Notes: generated by a model not told the origin, from the letters alone. A DNA stretch of 64,000 bases from Patescibacteria group bacterium (GCA_965660445.1 CBFIAK010000001.1:160001-224000), one strand, 5' to 3'; counted from the stretch's first letter, positions 40,846 to 51,679 are shown. Numbers and translations: made by a program.

Positions 40846-42279
40846 ATGGTTATTGTTCGAATGCCACCATCTCCCACGGGATTTTTACATCTCGGTACGG
40901 CGCGTACGGCGCTTTTTAATTACTTGTTTGCAAAAAAACAGAATGGAAACATTATTTTCCGTTGGGAAGATACTGATAAAGAGCGTTCTCGTGCAGAGTT
41001 TGAACGAGAAATTCTAGATGGATTGCGGTGGTTGGGGATGGATTTTGAAAAAGAATCATCTTTGTTTTGTCGGCAAAGTGAAAACTTAGATGTCCATAAG
41101 CAGTGGTTGGGGCGTCTTTGGGAAGATGGAAAAGTGTTTCCGTGTTTTGTGACTCCTGAAGAACTCGACCATCAGCGACAAAAAGCACAAGAAAATAAAC
41201 AGAATTTTGTGTTTTGGTCTCCCTTTCGAGATAAAAACAAAGATGAATTAGAATCGCTGATGGCATCGGGAACTCCGTATGTTTGGCGACTTAAGTCTCC
41301 CCGTGATTTTAATACTCAGTTTACAGATTTGATTCGTGGAGACATTTCAGTTTCTTCGGAAACTTTAGGGGATTTTGTGGTAGCTCGATCTGATGGATCG
41401 GTTTTGTATTTACTCGCAAACGTTATAGATGATTGGACACAAGAAGTGACCCATGTTTTTCGAGGAGAAGACCATATTTCTAATACTCCAAAACAGGTGC
41501 TTTTATATAATGCATTAGGGGCTAAACCTCCTCAATTTGGGCATATTCCATTGGTATTAGATAAATCAAAACGGAAATTATCCAAAAGAAATGTTGATCC
41601 GGATGTTTGTGTGTTGATTCGAGATTTTCAGGCTTCTGGGTTTGTGCCAGAAGCTGTTATGAATGGGTTGGCATTAACGGGTTGGAACCCAAAAACAACA
41701 GAGGAAATTTTTTCGTTACAGGATTTAATTTCTCTTTTTGATGTTGCGGGTATTAACCCATCTGCAGCACAGTATAACTTTGAAAAAATGCAGTGGTTGA
41801 ATACGCAATGGATTCGATCACTTGATCTTGGTGTGTTGCGGGCTCATATGGAGACACTTTTTAATGAAGTGTTTGATGCTTCTATTGAACCAGCTTTGGA
41901 TATCGCTCGACAGAAATCACGGACACTCCATGATGTACGAGAACAGGTTTCATATTTTGTATCAGATCCGGGGATAGAGGTAGAAAACTTATGGCACGAG
42001 AAAATGGGTGTTGATATGCAAACAGTAAAAACAGTGTTCCCTGAGCTTATAAAAGCTTTACAAGAAGTAGATGATTCATCGTGGACTTTAGAAACGATTC
42101 GCGAAGTAAGTGTTGGAGTTATTGAGTCTTTGCAACTGAAAAATGGACAAGTATTGCACCCATTTCGTATTGCGTTATCAAACCATGCGGTAAGCGCACC
42201 TCCATTTGATATAGCAGAATATATCGGAAAAAAAGAAACTATTCGGCGTTTGGAGCGTGTACTTGAAAAGCTTTCGTAG
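40846..42279 (+). CDS. gltX: Glutamate--tRNA ligase
   Basis: PSPTGFLHLGTAR, RWEDTD, RGEDHISNT, KLSKR. Confidence 0.96.
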   Translation: MVIVRMPPSPTGFLHLGTARTALFNYLFAKKQNGNIIFRWEDTDKERSRAEFEREILDGLRWLGMDFEKESSLFCRQSENLDVHKQWLGRLWEDGKVFPCFVTPEELDHQRQKAQENKQNFVFWSPFRDKNKDELESLMASGTPYVWRLKSPRDFNTQFTDLIRGDISVSSETLGDFVVARSDGSVLYLLANVIDDWTQEVTHVFRGEDHISNTPKQVLLYNALGAKPPQFGHIPLVLDKSKRKLSKRNVDPDVCVLIRDFQASGFVPEAVMNGLALTGWNPKTTEEIFSLQDLISLFDVAGINPSAAQYNFEKMQWLNTQWIRSLDLGVLRAHMETLFNEVFDASIEPALDIARQKSRTLHDVREQVSYFVSDPGIEVENLWHEKMGVDMQTVKTVFPELIKALQEVDDSSWTLETIREVSVGVIESLQLKNGQVLHPFRIALSNHAVSAPPFDIAEYIGKKETIRRLERVLEKLS

Positions 42280-42282
42280 AAT

Positions 42283-43611
42283 CTAGTCAAGTTCACCATA
42301 AAGTATGTATCCATTTCGTTTTGTGATACGCACTTGTACTTCTTCTCCTTTAAGTTCTCGTCCGCTTGGAAAATAAACTTCAAAAAATTCACGACTTCGA
42401 CCACTGTTTGTGTAGAGTCCGTTTTCGTTTTTATCGGATTTTTCGACTAATATTTCAAGCGTTTCTCCAATAGATTTTTCTCGGTTTTCAAACGATGTCT
42501 CTTTAATGATTTCATCAAAAAGATGAAACCGTCGTTTTTTTTCTTCGCTATCAATGAAATCTTTTTTCATACGTGAGGCAGGGGTATTTTTTCGTGGAGA
42601 ATAGATAGCTGTATACGAGAAATCAAACTTCATTTCACGTGCAAAATCACATAAAATTTGAACATCCTCTTCTGTTTCACCAGGGAAACCAACGATAATA
42701 TCTGTAGCGAGTGTGGTGTTTGGGATTCGTTTTCGAAGTTGTTCGATTATTTTTTTATAGGTATCAATGGTATAGTTTCGGTTCATAAGACGCAGAACTC
42801 TATCTGACCCGTGTTGAACAGGAAGATGAACGTAAGGGCAAGCGGTTTTCATGGTTGCAAGAGCATCGATAACGTCATCGGTGAAATCTTGTGGGTGAGC
42901 TGATGTAAATCGAGTTCGTGATAATCCTTTTGTGTGAAGTTTGTCGACCTCAAGAAGGAGTTGGGCAAAACATTTTTTGCTTTCGTGTGTATACGAGTTT
43001 ACATTTTGACCAAGGAGTGTTATTTCTTTCGCTCCTTTTTCAACAAGGGTTTCACATTCTTTGATAATATCAGGCATGGGGCGTGAAAGTTCTCGCCCTC
43101 GAGTGTAGGGAACGATACAATAGGTACAAAACTTATCACAGCCTTGCATTATGGGAACATAAACTTGTGTTTTGTTTTTGACCTGTGGCACGATATTAAA
43201 ATAATTCTCAATGCTTCCGCTTCCGAAATCGTTTTCAAATGATGAGAAATCATGATTTGGAAAGAGTGGTTCGATCATTTTCGGGAGTCGAGCGGCGTCT
43301 TCAATTCGAAAAACGAGATCAATGGGTTCGTATTGAAGAAGTTGGTCTTTTGAATTACTTCGGTCTCCTGTTTGTCTTACCATGCATCCAGTAACAGCAA
43401 TGCACATATTTTTGTTTTTCTTTTTTTCATTCACGATAAATCCATAGGCTTTATCTTCTGATTTTTGTCGAACAGAGCACGTATTGACAATGAGTATATC
43501 GGCTTGATCGTCTTGTGTGGGAGCGAATCCTGATTTTTCTAAGATAGCGGCGACTCGTTCTGAATCAGAAACGTTCATTTGGCATCCGAATGTTTTAATT
43601 TTGTAGTACAT
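42283..43611 (-). CDS. miaB: tRNA methylthiotransferase MiaB
   Basis: TFGCQMNVSDSE, NTCSVR, radical SAM CDKFCTYC, DIIVGFPGET, C-terminal TRAM domain. Confidence 0.93.
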   Translation of the reverse strand: MYYKIKTFGCQMNVSDSERVAAILEKSGFAPTQDDQADILIVNTCSVRQKSEDKAYGFIVNEKKKNKNMCIAVTGCMVRQTGDRSNSKDQLLQYEPIDLVFRIEDAARLPKMIEPLFPNHDFSSFENDFGSGSIENYFNIVPQVKNKTQVYVPIMQGCDKFCTYCIVPYTRGRELSRPMPDIIKECETLVEKGAKEITLLGQNVNSYTHESKKCFAQLLLEVDKLHTKGLSRTRFTSAHPQDFTDDVIDALATMKTACPYVHLPVQHGSDRVLRLMNRNYTIDTYKKIIEQLRKRIPNTTLATDIIVGFPGETEEDVQILCDFAREMKFDFSYTAIYSPRKNTPASRMKKDFIDSEEKKRRFHLFDEIIKETSFENREKSIGETLEILVEKSDKNENGLYTNSGRSREFFEVYFPSGRELKGEEVQVRITKRNGYILYGELD

Positions 43612-43763
43612 GTGTTTAGAAAAACAAGTGAAATTTTCTTTGGTAGATTATTCAAATGTATAAAAATGACAAGTCATAATAAAGAAGCAAGGAAAAAAGA
43701 CAAAAGAGTTTTGTTTTCTTTATTGAGTCTCTATAATAAGAATGTTCTTAATCTTTTTTTCTT

Positions 43764-44768
43764 ATGGCTCATCGTATTGCTATTAATGGATTTGGTCGCA
43801 TAGGTCGTTGTGTGGCTCGTATTCTTTTAGAAACATATCCTGACAGTGTGGATATTGTTGCTATTAATGATCCTTCTCATGGTCATTCGAGTGCGTTTCT
43901 GTTTGAGTTTGATTCAAACTTTGGAGCGTATCCAGGGCATGTATCGTTTGATGAGTCTATGCAAGAATATGAGATAGACGGGAAACGAATTAAAAAGTTT
44001 GCTACTCGATCTATTGAAGAATTGCCATGGGGAGATCTTGATATTGATGTGGTGATTGAGTCAACAGGTGTTTTTACAAATAAAGATGATTGTGAAAGAC
44101 ATTTAAAACAGGGGGCAAAAAAAGTGTTATTATCGGCTCCGGCAAAAGGTGGAGGGTTTAAAACAATTGTGTTAGGCGTGAATGAACAGACGCTTTCTAC
44201 TGATGATCGATTGGTTTCAAATGCGTCATGTACGACGAATTGTTTAGCACCGGTAGCAAATGTATTACACCAAAAGTTTGGTATTGAGTCTGGGTTTATG
44301 ACAACGGTTCATTCTTATACAACAAGTCAGCGATTATTGGATATGGAAGACAAAAAAGATTTGCGTCGTGGGCGATCAGCTGGGCAGAATATTATCCCTA
44401 CCAGTACTGGTGCAGCGAAAGCGATTGGGCTTGTGATTCCTGATTTAAATGGAAAGCTAGATGGGATTGCTGTGCGCGTTCCGACTCCAACGGTGTCTTT
44501 GGTTGATTTAACAGTTCGGGTTTCTCGGGATGTATCAGTAGAAGAAATAAATAATGCGATGCGTGATGCTTCGTTTGAGAATCCGGTTGTGTTGGGGTAT
44601 GAAGAACGGCCGTTGGTGTCATCTGATTTTCGAAAAGATTCTCGGTCGTCTATTTTTGTGCCCAGTGAAACAAAAACAAATGGTTCAATGGTGAAGGTTT
44701 TGTCTTGGTATGATAATGAGTGGGGGTATTCGAGTCGGTTAGCAGATTTAGCGTATCGTATTTCATGA
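43764..44768 (+). CDS. gap: Type I glyceraldehyde-3-phosphate dehydrogenase
   Basis: INGFGRIGR, SNASCTTNCLAP, WYDNEWGYS. Confidence 0.98.
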   Translation: MAHRIAINGFGRIGRCVARILLETYPDSVDIVAINDPSHGHSSAFLFEFDSNFGAYPGHVSFDESMQEYEIDGKRIKKFATRSIEELPWGDLDIDVVIESTGVFTNKDDCERHLKQGAKKVLLSAPAKGGGFKTIVLGVNEQTLSTDDRLVSNASCTTNCLAPVANVLHQKFGIESGFMTTVHSYTTSQRLLDMEDKKDLRRGRSAGQNIIPTSTGAAKAIGLVIPDLNGKLDGIAVRVPTPTVSLVDLTVRVSRDVSVEEINNAMRDASFENPVVLGYEERPLVSSDFRKDSRSSIFVPSETKTNGSMVKVLSWYDNEWGYSSRLADLAYRIS

Positions 44769-45211
44769 GAAAAATATTTTTTGTTTTTATTTTTGGTGTT
44801 TTGTTGTGGGGGTGTGGATCCTCACAAGAAGAGGTTTTAGAAAACAAGAAATTAGATAATTTAGACACCGTTTCGGGGAGGTCTGGGTATCGGTATGCTT
44901 CAGATTTAGAGTGTAAAATTACAACGGCTACCGATCCATCAAAAGAGGGGGAGGTGTTCCATTTAAAAGGATTAGATTCTCCTATAAATACTATTTCGTT
45001 TGCACAAGACGATTTTCGTCCAATTGTGATGGAACGTGCAGGGATGGGTGTTCAGTTTCGTGGGTTTGTGATAATAAGTACATTGTATGGGCAGTCGTAT
45101 TTGTTGTTTGATGTTGAGACGGGAGTGTTTAGTTTATCGAGTCTTGATATTATTGAGACACTCGATAAAAATACGTATCGTGGGAACTGTGGTGCTTTAT
45201 TGGGTTCTTGA
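44765..45211 (+). CDS. Putative lipoprotein
   Basis: ATG at 44765 overlaps the gap stop (ATGA); MRKIFFVFIFGVLLWG-C lipobox. Confidence 0.7.
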   Translation: MRKIFFVFIFGVLLWGCGSSQEEVLENKKLDNLDTVSGRSGYRYASDLECKITTATDPSKEGEVFHLKGLDSPINTISFAQDDFRPIVMERAGMGVQFRGFVIISTLYGQSYLLFDVETGVFSLSSLDIIETLDKNTYRGNCGALLGS

Positions 45212-45222
45212 CTTTTTTTCTA

Positions 45223-48200
45223 ATGGTTTTTGTATTTCGTTTTTTATTAAGTTTTGCTCTTGTGATAGCATTTCCATTGTTATCACTTGCACAGTTAACG
45301 ACTGTAAAAACGGTGTATGTAAAACCCATAAATATGACCACAACGGTTTCAGAGGGAGTGCTTCATGGGGTGGGAAATGTTGAATTAGATCCAGAGGTTA
45401 TTGGGCGTTTGTATTGGACTATTACTGATGAGTATGGAGGGATTGTATGGAACGAAAACGTGCCATGGAAATCGGGATATGTTTCGGTTTCTGATAATGG
45501 TTATCCGTTGATAAAGGTTCCGTTTTCGTACGATTTTTCAGTAAAGAAATCGTATGGAGTGTTTAGTGTTCGGTTTTTTATACAAAACAAAGATGGTGCG
45601 CTGGTGGCGCAAGGTCATAAAAAGATAGAAGTTCGAAAAGAAGGCGCACAAACTCGTATTTCAAATCTGCGAGTAGAGACGGTTGGTGATGAATTTGATG
45701 TGTTTGGATTGGTGTTTCAGGAAAACGCGTATGTGTCGGATAAGGTTCGGTTTGTGCCTCGGCTAAAGGTGTATGAATATGAAATAGATGGGGTTGAGGT
45801 ATTGTCGTTATCGGGTGATATGGTGGAGCTTTTGGGGCGTACGAAAGAACAGGTCTCGTTTACGTTTCCGGTTCCAAAAGTACCGAAAGTATATGTAGTA
45901 GAAGTTTTTGCAGAAGATGAGTGGGGTGATCGTTTAACACCGTCTTTGCGGGAAACCTTTGTGATTGAGGGGGCGTTTGCACATGCTGATTCGTTTTCTT
46001 CGAGTCATGCTCAGTTTGCTGAAACAGGTAATATGGTTGATTTTGAAATACGTGGGTTGGTGCGGCGTCCGCGTGATCCTTTGTTAGTGCAGGCGACGAT
46101 TCAGCAATTTTATGGAGACAAAAAAATAGAATCGGTGACGACTCAGCAGACGTTAGAGTTGGAAGAATCTCGTTTTCTAGCTCAATTTGAATACGAGGTG
46201 GTTGAGCAAGGGGCGACTCATTTTGCGGTATCGGTTCGATTGTTGCAGAATGGAGAAGTTTTGGAAGAATCATCGTTTATAACTGATAGATTTGAAGCTG
46301 CTGAAATAGAAGAAGTCGAAGGATGGTCTTGGGGGATTTTGTGGGTGTGTGTGTTTGGAATTTTTCTGTTTTTGGCGTGGTTTTTCTTTGTGAGGAAGGT
46401 GTCGGTAAAGTTGCCATTGGTTTTGCTTGGTGTTTTTATTCCGTTTTTTAGTGTTTTAGCAGAACCTTTACAAGGGAGTATGGATTCATCGGATTTGGTT
46501 TTTGAATGGTTGTATCCTCAGGTCGATACGCATTTCAGTACAAACCCAGAAAGAAGTTCGTTTCGGTATTTGTTTTTTCAGGGCAGATTCGTGAATTCAA
46601 TCACAAATAGTGGAGCGTTGCGGTCTGATACTCGAGTAAGCGTTCGGTTGCGGCATGAGTCTACGGATGTATTGTATGTAACGAAAGATATGAATGTGCA
46701 GTCATTGCATTTTGATATTGTAAAGAATGATGATGGAGATGTGATGGTTGTGGATGATGATTTTCGTCGGTTTTCATTTTTGATACCGACGGTTGATGGT
46801 GAGATTGATATTGTTGAGGATACAAATGGAAACGATGTATACGACATTGCTGATACTGTGGTTTCTTGGCAAGGCTTGCCTGATGGGTCATATGAGATGA
46901 GTTTGGTTTTGAGGAGTACTGCGAGTAATGCAGACCCTTTGCTTACTGATACTCAGCATGTTGTCCTTGATAGGGACAAACCATTGGTTCGGTTTTTGTT
47001 TGAACGAACACAAGACGTGTTTGATTTTGAAGAAAATCGATCGGAACCGCCTATATTTTTTGTAAATGATGATCGTGGGGTTCGGACGCGTGTTGAGTGT
47101 CAGGACGATTCGGGATGTTTTGATCCAGATGGAGATGTTGTGTTTGGTGGGACTGGTGCTTTGGCATCGCAGTGGTATCCAGAATATTTTGTGAAAGGAA
47201 ACTTTTGTGACAGTGGTGATGACTATTGTTATGCAAATGAGAAGATTCGTGGGTTTGAGGTATGTGATGTGGCGGGAAATTGTACGGATTACACGCAGGC
47301 AGAATCACAGATTATGATTCGGTTTTATGACCCACAGTCTCCGGAATGGCAAGAGGAACCGTTGGTGATAGAACAGGAAAGAGAATATAACAATCGAGAC
47401 TATAACCAGAGTCAGGGGGGGGCAAGTCGTGATTATTTGTATGGAGAAGGACGAGCGGGGGCAAGTGCTGCTGAGCAGTCTCGGTTATCATTTGGGGTAC
47501 AAGATGGAACAAGTTCGAGTATGGTGTTGGATCAAACACCATGTGAGCCAGCATCTCAGTCTTCTTTTCGGCCTTATCCGGGGTCTGATCCGCAGTATTG
47601 CGGAATGAGAATGTATCCGTGTCGGCAGTTTTCAGTTTTAGGGGAACGAGTTGTGCCGGTATCGATAAATGGTGATTGTAATTCTGGAAGTTTTGAGAAC
47701 CCTGATGAGTTTTCAGATGATGGGGAGTGTTGTCATTGGCGGTTCCCATATTGTTTACCAATTTATTTTGGCACACCTCCTGATCATTGTAGTGGAGGTG
47801 ATAATACGGATTCCAGTTGTGAATCACCTACACCGTCAGGGGTAGGGGTTTCGAGTACAGTTGTGGGGAGTCCGAGTGGAGAAGATGTTGCATGGCAAGC
47901 AGGAGACTCTGGGGGAGCATGTTTTGTGGAATGTAGTGCGGGGTATGTATGGCAAAATGGTCAATGTGAAATATCAAATAGTAATAGTTGTGAATCACCT
48001 ACACCGTCAGGGGCAGGGGTTTCGAGTACAGTTGTGGGGAGTCCGAGTGGAGAAGATGTTGTATGGCAAGCAGGAGACTCTGGGGGAGCATGTTTTGTGG
48101 AATGCAGTGCGGGGTATTATTGGAATGCGGTTAATAGTGCGTGTGAACAAGAGTTAACTTCGGGGTGTGAAGACCCAGATATTGCCTTGGGGGGATACTT

Positions 48201-50136
48201 TTGGGCTTCGTGTAATGCAGGTGCGACAGATGTATATGATGGACAAACGATTCGAACAAGTGCGGGAGATAGCACGGTGCATGCCTCTGATCGTTCATTT
48301 TTTGGAGGGTATTATCAATGGAGTAGAAACCAGAACGTTATGAATACAGGAACACTTTTTGCTGGTCCAGTAACTGAATCAGTGGCCAATAGTACAACAC
48401 AATTTATTCGTAATAGTAATGGTGCTGGAGATCGGTTTGATTGGGTTACTCCAGTTGGTTCGGTTCGTATTTGGCAACTTGCAGATACGAGGCAAGGGCC
48501 GTGTGCAGATGGGTATCAGGTACCAAGTTCTAGTGTGTGGCAATCAGCGATAAATGATGCGGGGTCTGTAAATACAGTTGGAACACGGTTAAAATTACCA
48601 AAGATGGGGTTATTCCGTTATAATTATGGACATGTGGGTAATACTGGAGCGTATTGGAGTTCTTCAAGTGGAGGGTATACAGGGCAGGCAAGAGCGTTTG
48701 TGTTTGGTTTTGATCCTCGTTCTAGTGGGTTGGGTGTAAACCCAAATTATCATCGGTGGGATGGTTTGCCGGTACGGTGTGTAAAAACACCCTTAGAGTG
48801 TAAGGGATCTGTTCCGAGTAATGCGAACTTGTGTAGTGGTGATAGTAATTTATTAACATCCGATACACCAGTCCGGTTGACCGATAGTTGTTCAGCGGCT
48901 CATAAATGTGAATACGTGTGCAAATCTGGGTATGTGTTAGAAAATGGGGCGTGTGTGCAAGATTTGAGTTGTGCTTCTCCGATGCCTTCGGGTATTGGTG
49001 TTTCTAGTACGGTTGTAGGAAACCCTTTGTCATCTGGGGTTGCATGGCAAAATTCAAATAACACTCAAGCTTGTTTTGTTGAGTGTAGTGCGGGGTATGT
49101 ATGGCAAAATGGTCAGTGTGAAGAGCTTCCAAAAGAGTGCAGTGGGACGATTTGGTCAAACTCAGTTGAATGTAATGGGTATGAGGTTGGGTTATCTCAG
49201 GATAGAACGACATCACTTTTAAACGCATGTACCTCCTCAACGAGTGATCATTGTCATCGAACATGTGCGGAAGGGTATAGAAAACGCATGAATTGGTGCG
49301 AGGCAATTCCAGGATATTTTAGTTGTGATGATACAACGAAGCCATCGGGTGGTGTTGTTTTAAATGAAAACAATCCTTCATCGGTAAATGTTGAATGGCA
49401 ACGATCGAACTCTTCGGGAGAATGTTATTTCCGTTGTGATACGAATCACACGTATAATGAATCGACTAATACATGTGAACCAGACGTTCAATATCGAAAT
49501 TGTCTGCGTCCATCTGGAATGGGGCAAACTGATTTCACAGTTAATTCGGTAACCACTGTTAATCTGAGAGCAAAATATCAATGGACATCAGGAGATAATC
49601 ACTTAGGGGGTGGTAATCCAGGATATATTGGACAATATCGCTCTGTGTGGAATGCTCAAACACGTACATGGAGCGGATCTCCTACTCCAACGTTTAGTCG
49701 AACTCCAAAAGTAACGGATCAAGACTGTACGTATTCTTGTGCAGGGTGGCGAACAGAGAATTCTTTAGGTATATACGGACCCGATTCTCATGCAAATCTT
49801 CGATATAATACTATTTCAAATGCAGGGTCTCGTTGGAATGGAGGGAACACATGTGTTGAAAACTTCTTTCAAGAGTCATGTAATACAGCAGAAACATTGG
49901 CAAGTTTACCAGATAATGCGGTTATGGTGAGTGGGGAAACAGTTGCGAAAACTTATGTATGGAATAATTCTGATAGTCTTGTGACAACGCTGCCTACTTC
50001 ATTTCCGGGTTTAACAGATGAGTATGTCTGGCCATCGCAATGGGTTCATAAATCACTTGATATCTATAGTGGTCGATGTTCGTTTGAGTGTGCATCAGGA
50101 TATACTTGGAATAGGAATACATACCGATGTGAGTAG
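45223..50136 (+). CDS. Large surface protein with internal TM pair, Cys-rich repeats and a FISUMP-like domain
   Basis: Signal peptide (ATG 45223 preferred to TTG 45208), hydrophobic pair near 46324-46460, C-F-V-E-C-S-A-G-Y repeats, GGYYQW...GPCADGYQVP...YWSS...PVRCVK. Confidence 0.8.
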   Translation: MVFVFRFLLSFALVIAFPLLSLAQLTTVKTVYVKPINMTTTVSEGVLHGVGNVELDPEVIGRLYWTITDEYGGIVWNENVPWKSGYVSVSDNGYPLIKVPFSYDFSVKKSYGVFSVRFFIQNKDGALVAQGHKKIEVRKEGAQTRISNLRVETVGDEFDVFGLVFQENAYVSDKVRFVPRLKVYEYEIDGVEVLSLSGDMVELLGRTKEQVSFTFPVPKVPKVYVVEVFAEDEWGDRLTPSLRETFVIEGAFAHADSFSSSHAQFAETGNMVDFEIRGLVRRPRDPLLVQATIQQFYGDKKIESVTTQQTLELEESRFLAQFEYEVVEQGATHFAVSVRLLQNGEVLEESSFITDRFEAAEIEEVEGWSWGILWVCVFGIFLFLAWFFFVRKVSVKLPLVLLGVFIPFFSVLAEPLQGSMDSSDLVFEWLYPQVDTHFSTNPERSSFRYLFFQGRFVNSITNSGALRSDTRVSVRLRHESTDVLYVTKDMNVQSLHFDIVKNDDGDVMVVDDDFRRFSFLIPTVDGEIDIVEDTNGNDVYDIADTVVSWQGLPDGSYEMSLVLRSTASNADPLLTDTQHVVLDRDKPLVRFLFERTQDVFDFEENRSEPPIFFVNDDRGVRTRVECQDDSGCFDPDGDVVFGGTGALASQWYPEYFVKGNFCDSGDDYCYANEKIRGFEVCDVAGNCTDYTQAESQIMIRFYDPQSPEWQEEPLVIEQEREYNNRDYNQSQGGASRDYLYGEGRAGASAAEQSRLSFGVQDGTSSSMVLDQTPCEPASQSSFRPYPGSDPQYCGMRMYPCRQFSVLGERVVPVSINGDCNSGSFENPDEFSDDGECCHWRFPYCLPIYFGTPPDHCSGGDNTDSSCESPTPSGVGVSSTVVGSPSGEDVAWQAGDSGGACFVECSAGYVWQNGQCEISNSNSCESPTPSGAGVSSTVVGSPSGEDVVWQAGDSGGACFVECSAGYYWNAVNSACEQELTSGCEDPDIALGGYFWASCNAGATDVYDGQTIRTSAGDSTVHASDRSFFGGYYQWSRNQNVMNTGTLFAGPVTESVANSTTQFIRNSNGAGDRFDWVTPVGSVRIWQLADTRQGPCADGYQVPSSSVWQSAINDAGSVNTVGTRLKLPKMGLFRYNYGHVGNTGAYWSSSSGGYTGQARAFVFGFDPRSSGLGVNPNYHRWDGLPVRCVKTPLECKGSVPSNANLCSGDSNLLTSDTPVRLTDSCSAAHKCEYVCKSGYVLENGACVQDLSCASPMPSGIGVSSTVVGNPLSSGVAWQNSNNTQACFVECSAGYVWQNGQCEELPKECSGTIWSNSVECNGYEVGLSQDRTTSLLNACTSSTSDHCHRTCAEGYRKRMNWCEAIPGYFSCDDTTKPSGGVVLNENNPSSVNVEWQRSNSSGECYFRCDTNHTYNESTNTCEPDVQYRNCLRPSGMGQTDFTVNSVTTVNLRAKYQWTSGDNHLGGGNPGYIGQYRSVWNAQTRTWSGSPTPTFSRTPKVTDQDCTYSCAGWRTENSLGIYGPDSHANLRYNTISNAGSRWNGGNTCVENFFQESCNTAETLASLPDNAVMVSGETVAKTYVWNNSDSLVTTLPTSFPGLTDEYVWPSQWVHKSLDIYSGRCSFECASGYTWNRNTYRCE
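47815..48117 (+). repeat. Near-identical in-frame tandem repeat (171-bp period)
   Basis: Units start at 47815 and 47986 and differ by a few T/C changes over ~130 bp; diverged third copy at about 48967-49122. Confidence 0.9.
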
Positions 50137-50230
50137 TTCAGCCTTATTTGACATTCATTGTAAAACAGTGTAAATATTTATTATAAGAATACGATATTCT
50201 TGTTGTTTCACATTTTTTTGGGGGTCTCAT

Positions 50231-50746
50231 ATGAGATTTTTCTGTCTTTTTTTAGGGCTTTTTTGCACAGAGTTTGTGTTAGCTGATGAGTGCGAGGTTC
50301 GCACAGCGGAATTGTTAAAAATGGAGCATGACACTGTTGTTATACAACGGAAAAAAGAATGGTCTGTGGTAAACCAGATTGTTTTTAATCGAGTGCTTCA
50401 TACTCACGAAGAGGATTTGGACTATATTATCTGTAGTGAGTCGATTATTATTCGTCGAAACATTATGCCTTTTGGGAACCTTTTGGTTCGTCAAGTGGGG
50501 TATAAGATGCAATATATATTTTCAATGCCTGACGATGGAGGGCATTGGTTTTATTTTGAAATCGATGTCTTCTCTGATGCTATTTTGCGCGATTATCAAG
50601 AAAAGAGGGAAAATGATGTTTACATGGCAACACAAGACAACATAAACATCTTTTTTTCTAGAGATTTTCCTCATGATTTATTTTACGGATCTTTTTTGAA
50701 TGATACGTCGGCTTCGGTTGATCGTGTCTTTAAACATTTCCGTTAA
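50231..50746 (+). CDS. Hypothetical secreted protein
   Basis: 171-aa ORF with signal-peptide-like N-terminus, followed by a terminator. Confidence 0.6.
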   Translation: MRFFCLFLGLFCTEFVLADECEVRTAELLKMEHDTVVIQRKKEWSVVNQIVFNRVLHTHEEDLDYIICSESIIIRRNIMPFGNLLVRQVGYKMQYIFSMPDDGGHWFYFEIDVFSDAILRDYQEKRENDVYMATQDNINIFFSRDFPHDLFYGSFLNDTSASVDRVFKHFR

Positions 50747-50752
50747 ACTTAT

Positions 50753-50784
50753 AAGCTTTGGTTGAAAAAACCAAAGCTTTTTTT
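50753..50784 (+). terminator. Rho-independent terminator
   Basis: AAGCTTTGGTT-loop-AACCAAAGCTT followed by a T-tract. Confidence 0.7.
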
Positions 50785-50817
50785 ATGAGTTTTTATAGAG
50801 TAAATGGCGGACGAAAT

Positions 50818-50831
50818 GGAGACCGGTCTCC
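50818..50831. repeat. Solitary REP-like palindrome
   Basis: GGAGACCGGTCTCC in the intergenic space between convergent genes. Confidence 0.8.
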
Positions 50832-50905
50832 TGTTTTGGGATAATAAAAAAACCATTTTCTCATTTATTTCAGAATATTGAAAGCGTGAGAAAATGGTTT
50901 CGGTG

Positions 50906-51388
50906 TTATTCAATAAGTTTTCGGGCTTCCTCTCTATTAATTATTGTTATTGGAAGTTGTTTAAATTCAATAACCTTGTTATGGTTATTTTTATCATGAA
51001 CATAATACAACTTCCTTCTGCCTATAAGAAATTGACAATATTGAATAAGAAATTCGTTAGAGGGATTTTCGATGTCTGTGTGAGAGACTCCAAATAAATC
51101 ACCTAAAACTGGATCACCATAAAATACAAATTTCCAGAAAGATTCTGTTTCTTGCAAAACAATAAAGAGTTCATCTTTGTGTATGTTTTTCATTATATTT
51201 CGAATGTCTTGAGGGGAAAGATCCCCCCATCCTATTTTATAACCTTTTTTGTTGTACCAGCTTGTGTTTTGAATGAATTTTTGAGAGCGTGTTTGACTCG
51301 TTATAAGTCCAAAGTGATAAGGCTTCCCGTCTCGATTATAAAAAGCGCCCTTTTCAAGGCGAATATTTTGGAGTATGTGCAGACTCAT
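50906..51388 (-). CDS. Hypothetical protein
   Basis: 160-aa ORF with globular composition (WYNKKGYKIGWGDLS); family not recognised. Confidence 0.65.
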   Translation of the reverse strand: MSLHILQNIRLEKGAFYNRDGKPYHFGLITSQTRSQKFIQNTSWYNKKGYKIGWGDLSPQDIRNIMKNIHKDELFIVLQETESFWKFVFYGDPVLGDLFGVSHTDIENPSNEFLIQYCQFLIGRRKLYYVHDKNNHNKVIEFKQLPITIINREEARKLIE

Positions 51389-51594
51389 AGATTTCTGAAT
51401 CCTTTATATTGTTAATGAAGAATGATGATGTGTTCATTCTTAAAAATAAAAGAAATAAACACGAGTATCTAACGAAATAAAAAAGAACCCCAATAATGTA
51501 AACACTATTGCATTAGCTCTTATATTATAAAAAAAGTAGTGCGTCAACAAAAAAGCCTGTTTCCGAGAAAGAAATTGGGCTTTTAATTGTGTTC

Positions 51595-51679
51595 TGGTGG
51601 GCAGGACAGGATTCGAACCTGTGAAGGCTAAGCCGGCAGATTTACAGTCTGCTGCGTTTGACCGCTCCGCAACCTACCC
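51595..51679 (-). tRNA. tRNA-Tyr (GTA)
   Basis: Minus strand GGGTAGG...GCAGACTGTAAATCTGC...GGTTCGAATCC...CCTGCCCACCA; long variable arm, encoded CCA. Confidence 0.96.

Noticed and set aside
44766-44768. Genetic code 25 (TGA=Gly) as in Gracilibacteria/Absconditabacteria
   Set aside because: Long genes are uninterrupted under code 11, and gap and glyA end at TGA at their expected C-termini.
47815-48117. Diversity-generating retroelement TR/VR pair
   Set aside because: Both copies are in-frame coding modules outside the FISUMP domain, differ at only a few T/C positions on the coding strand rather than at adenines, and no reverse transcriptase is in the window.
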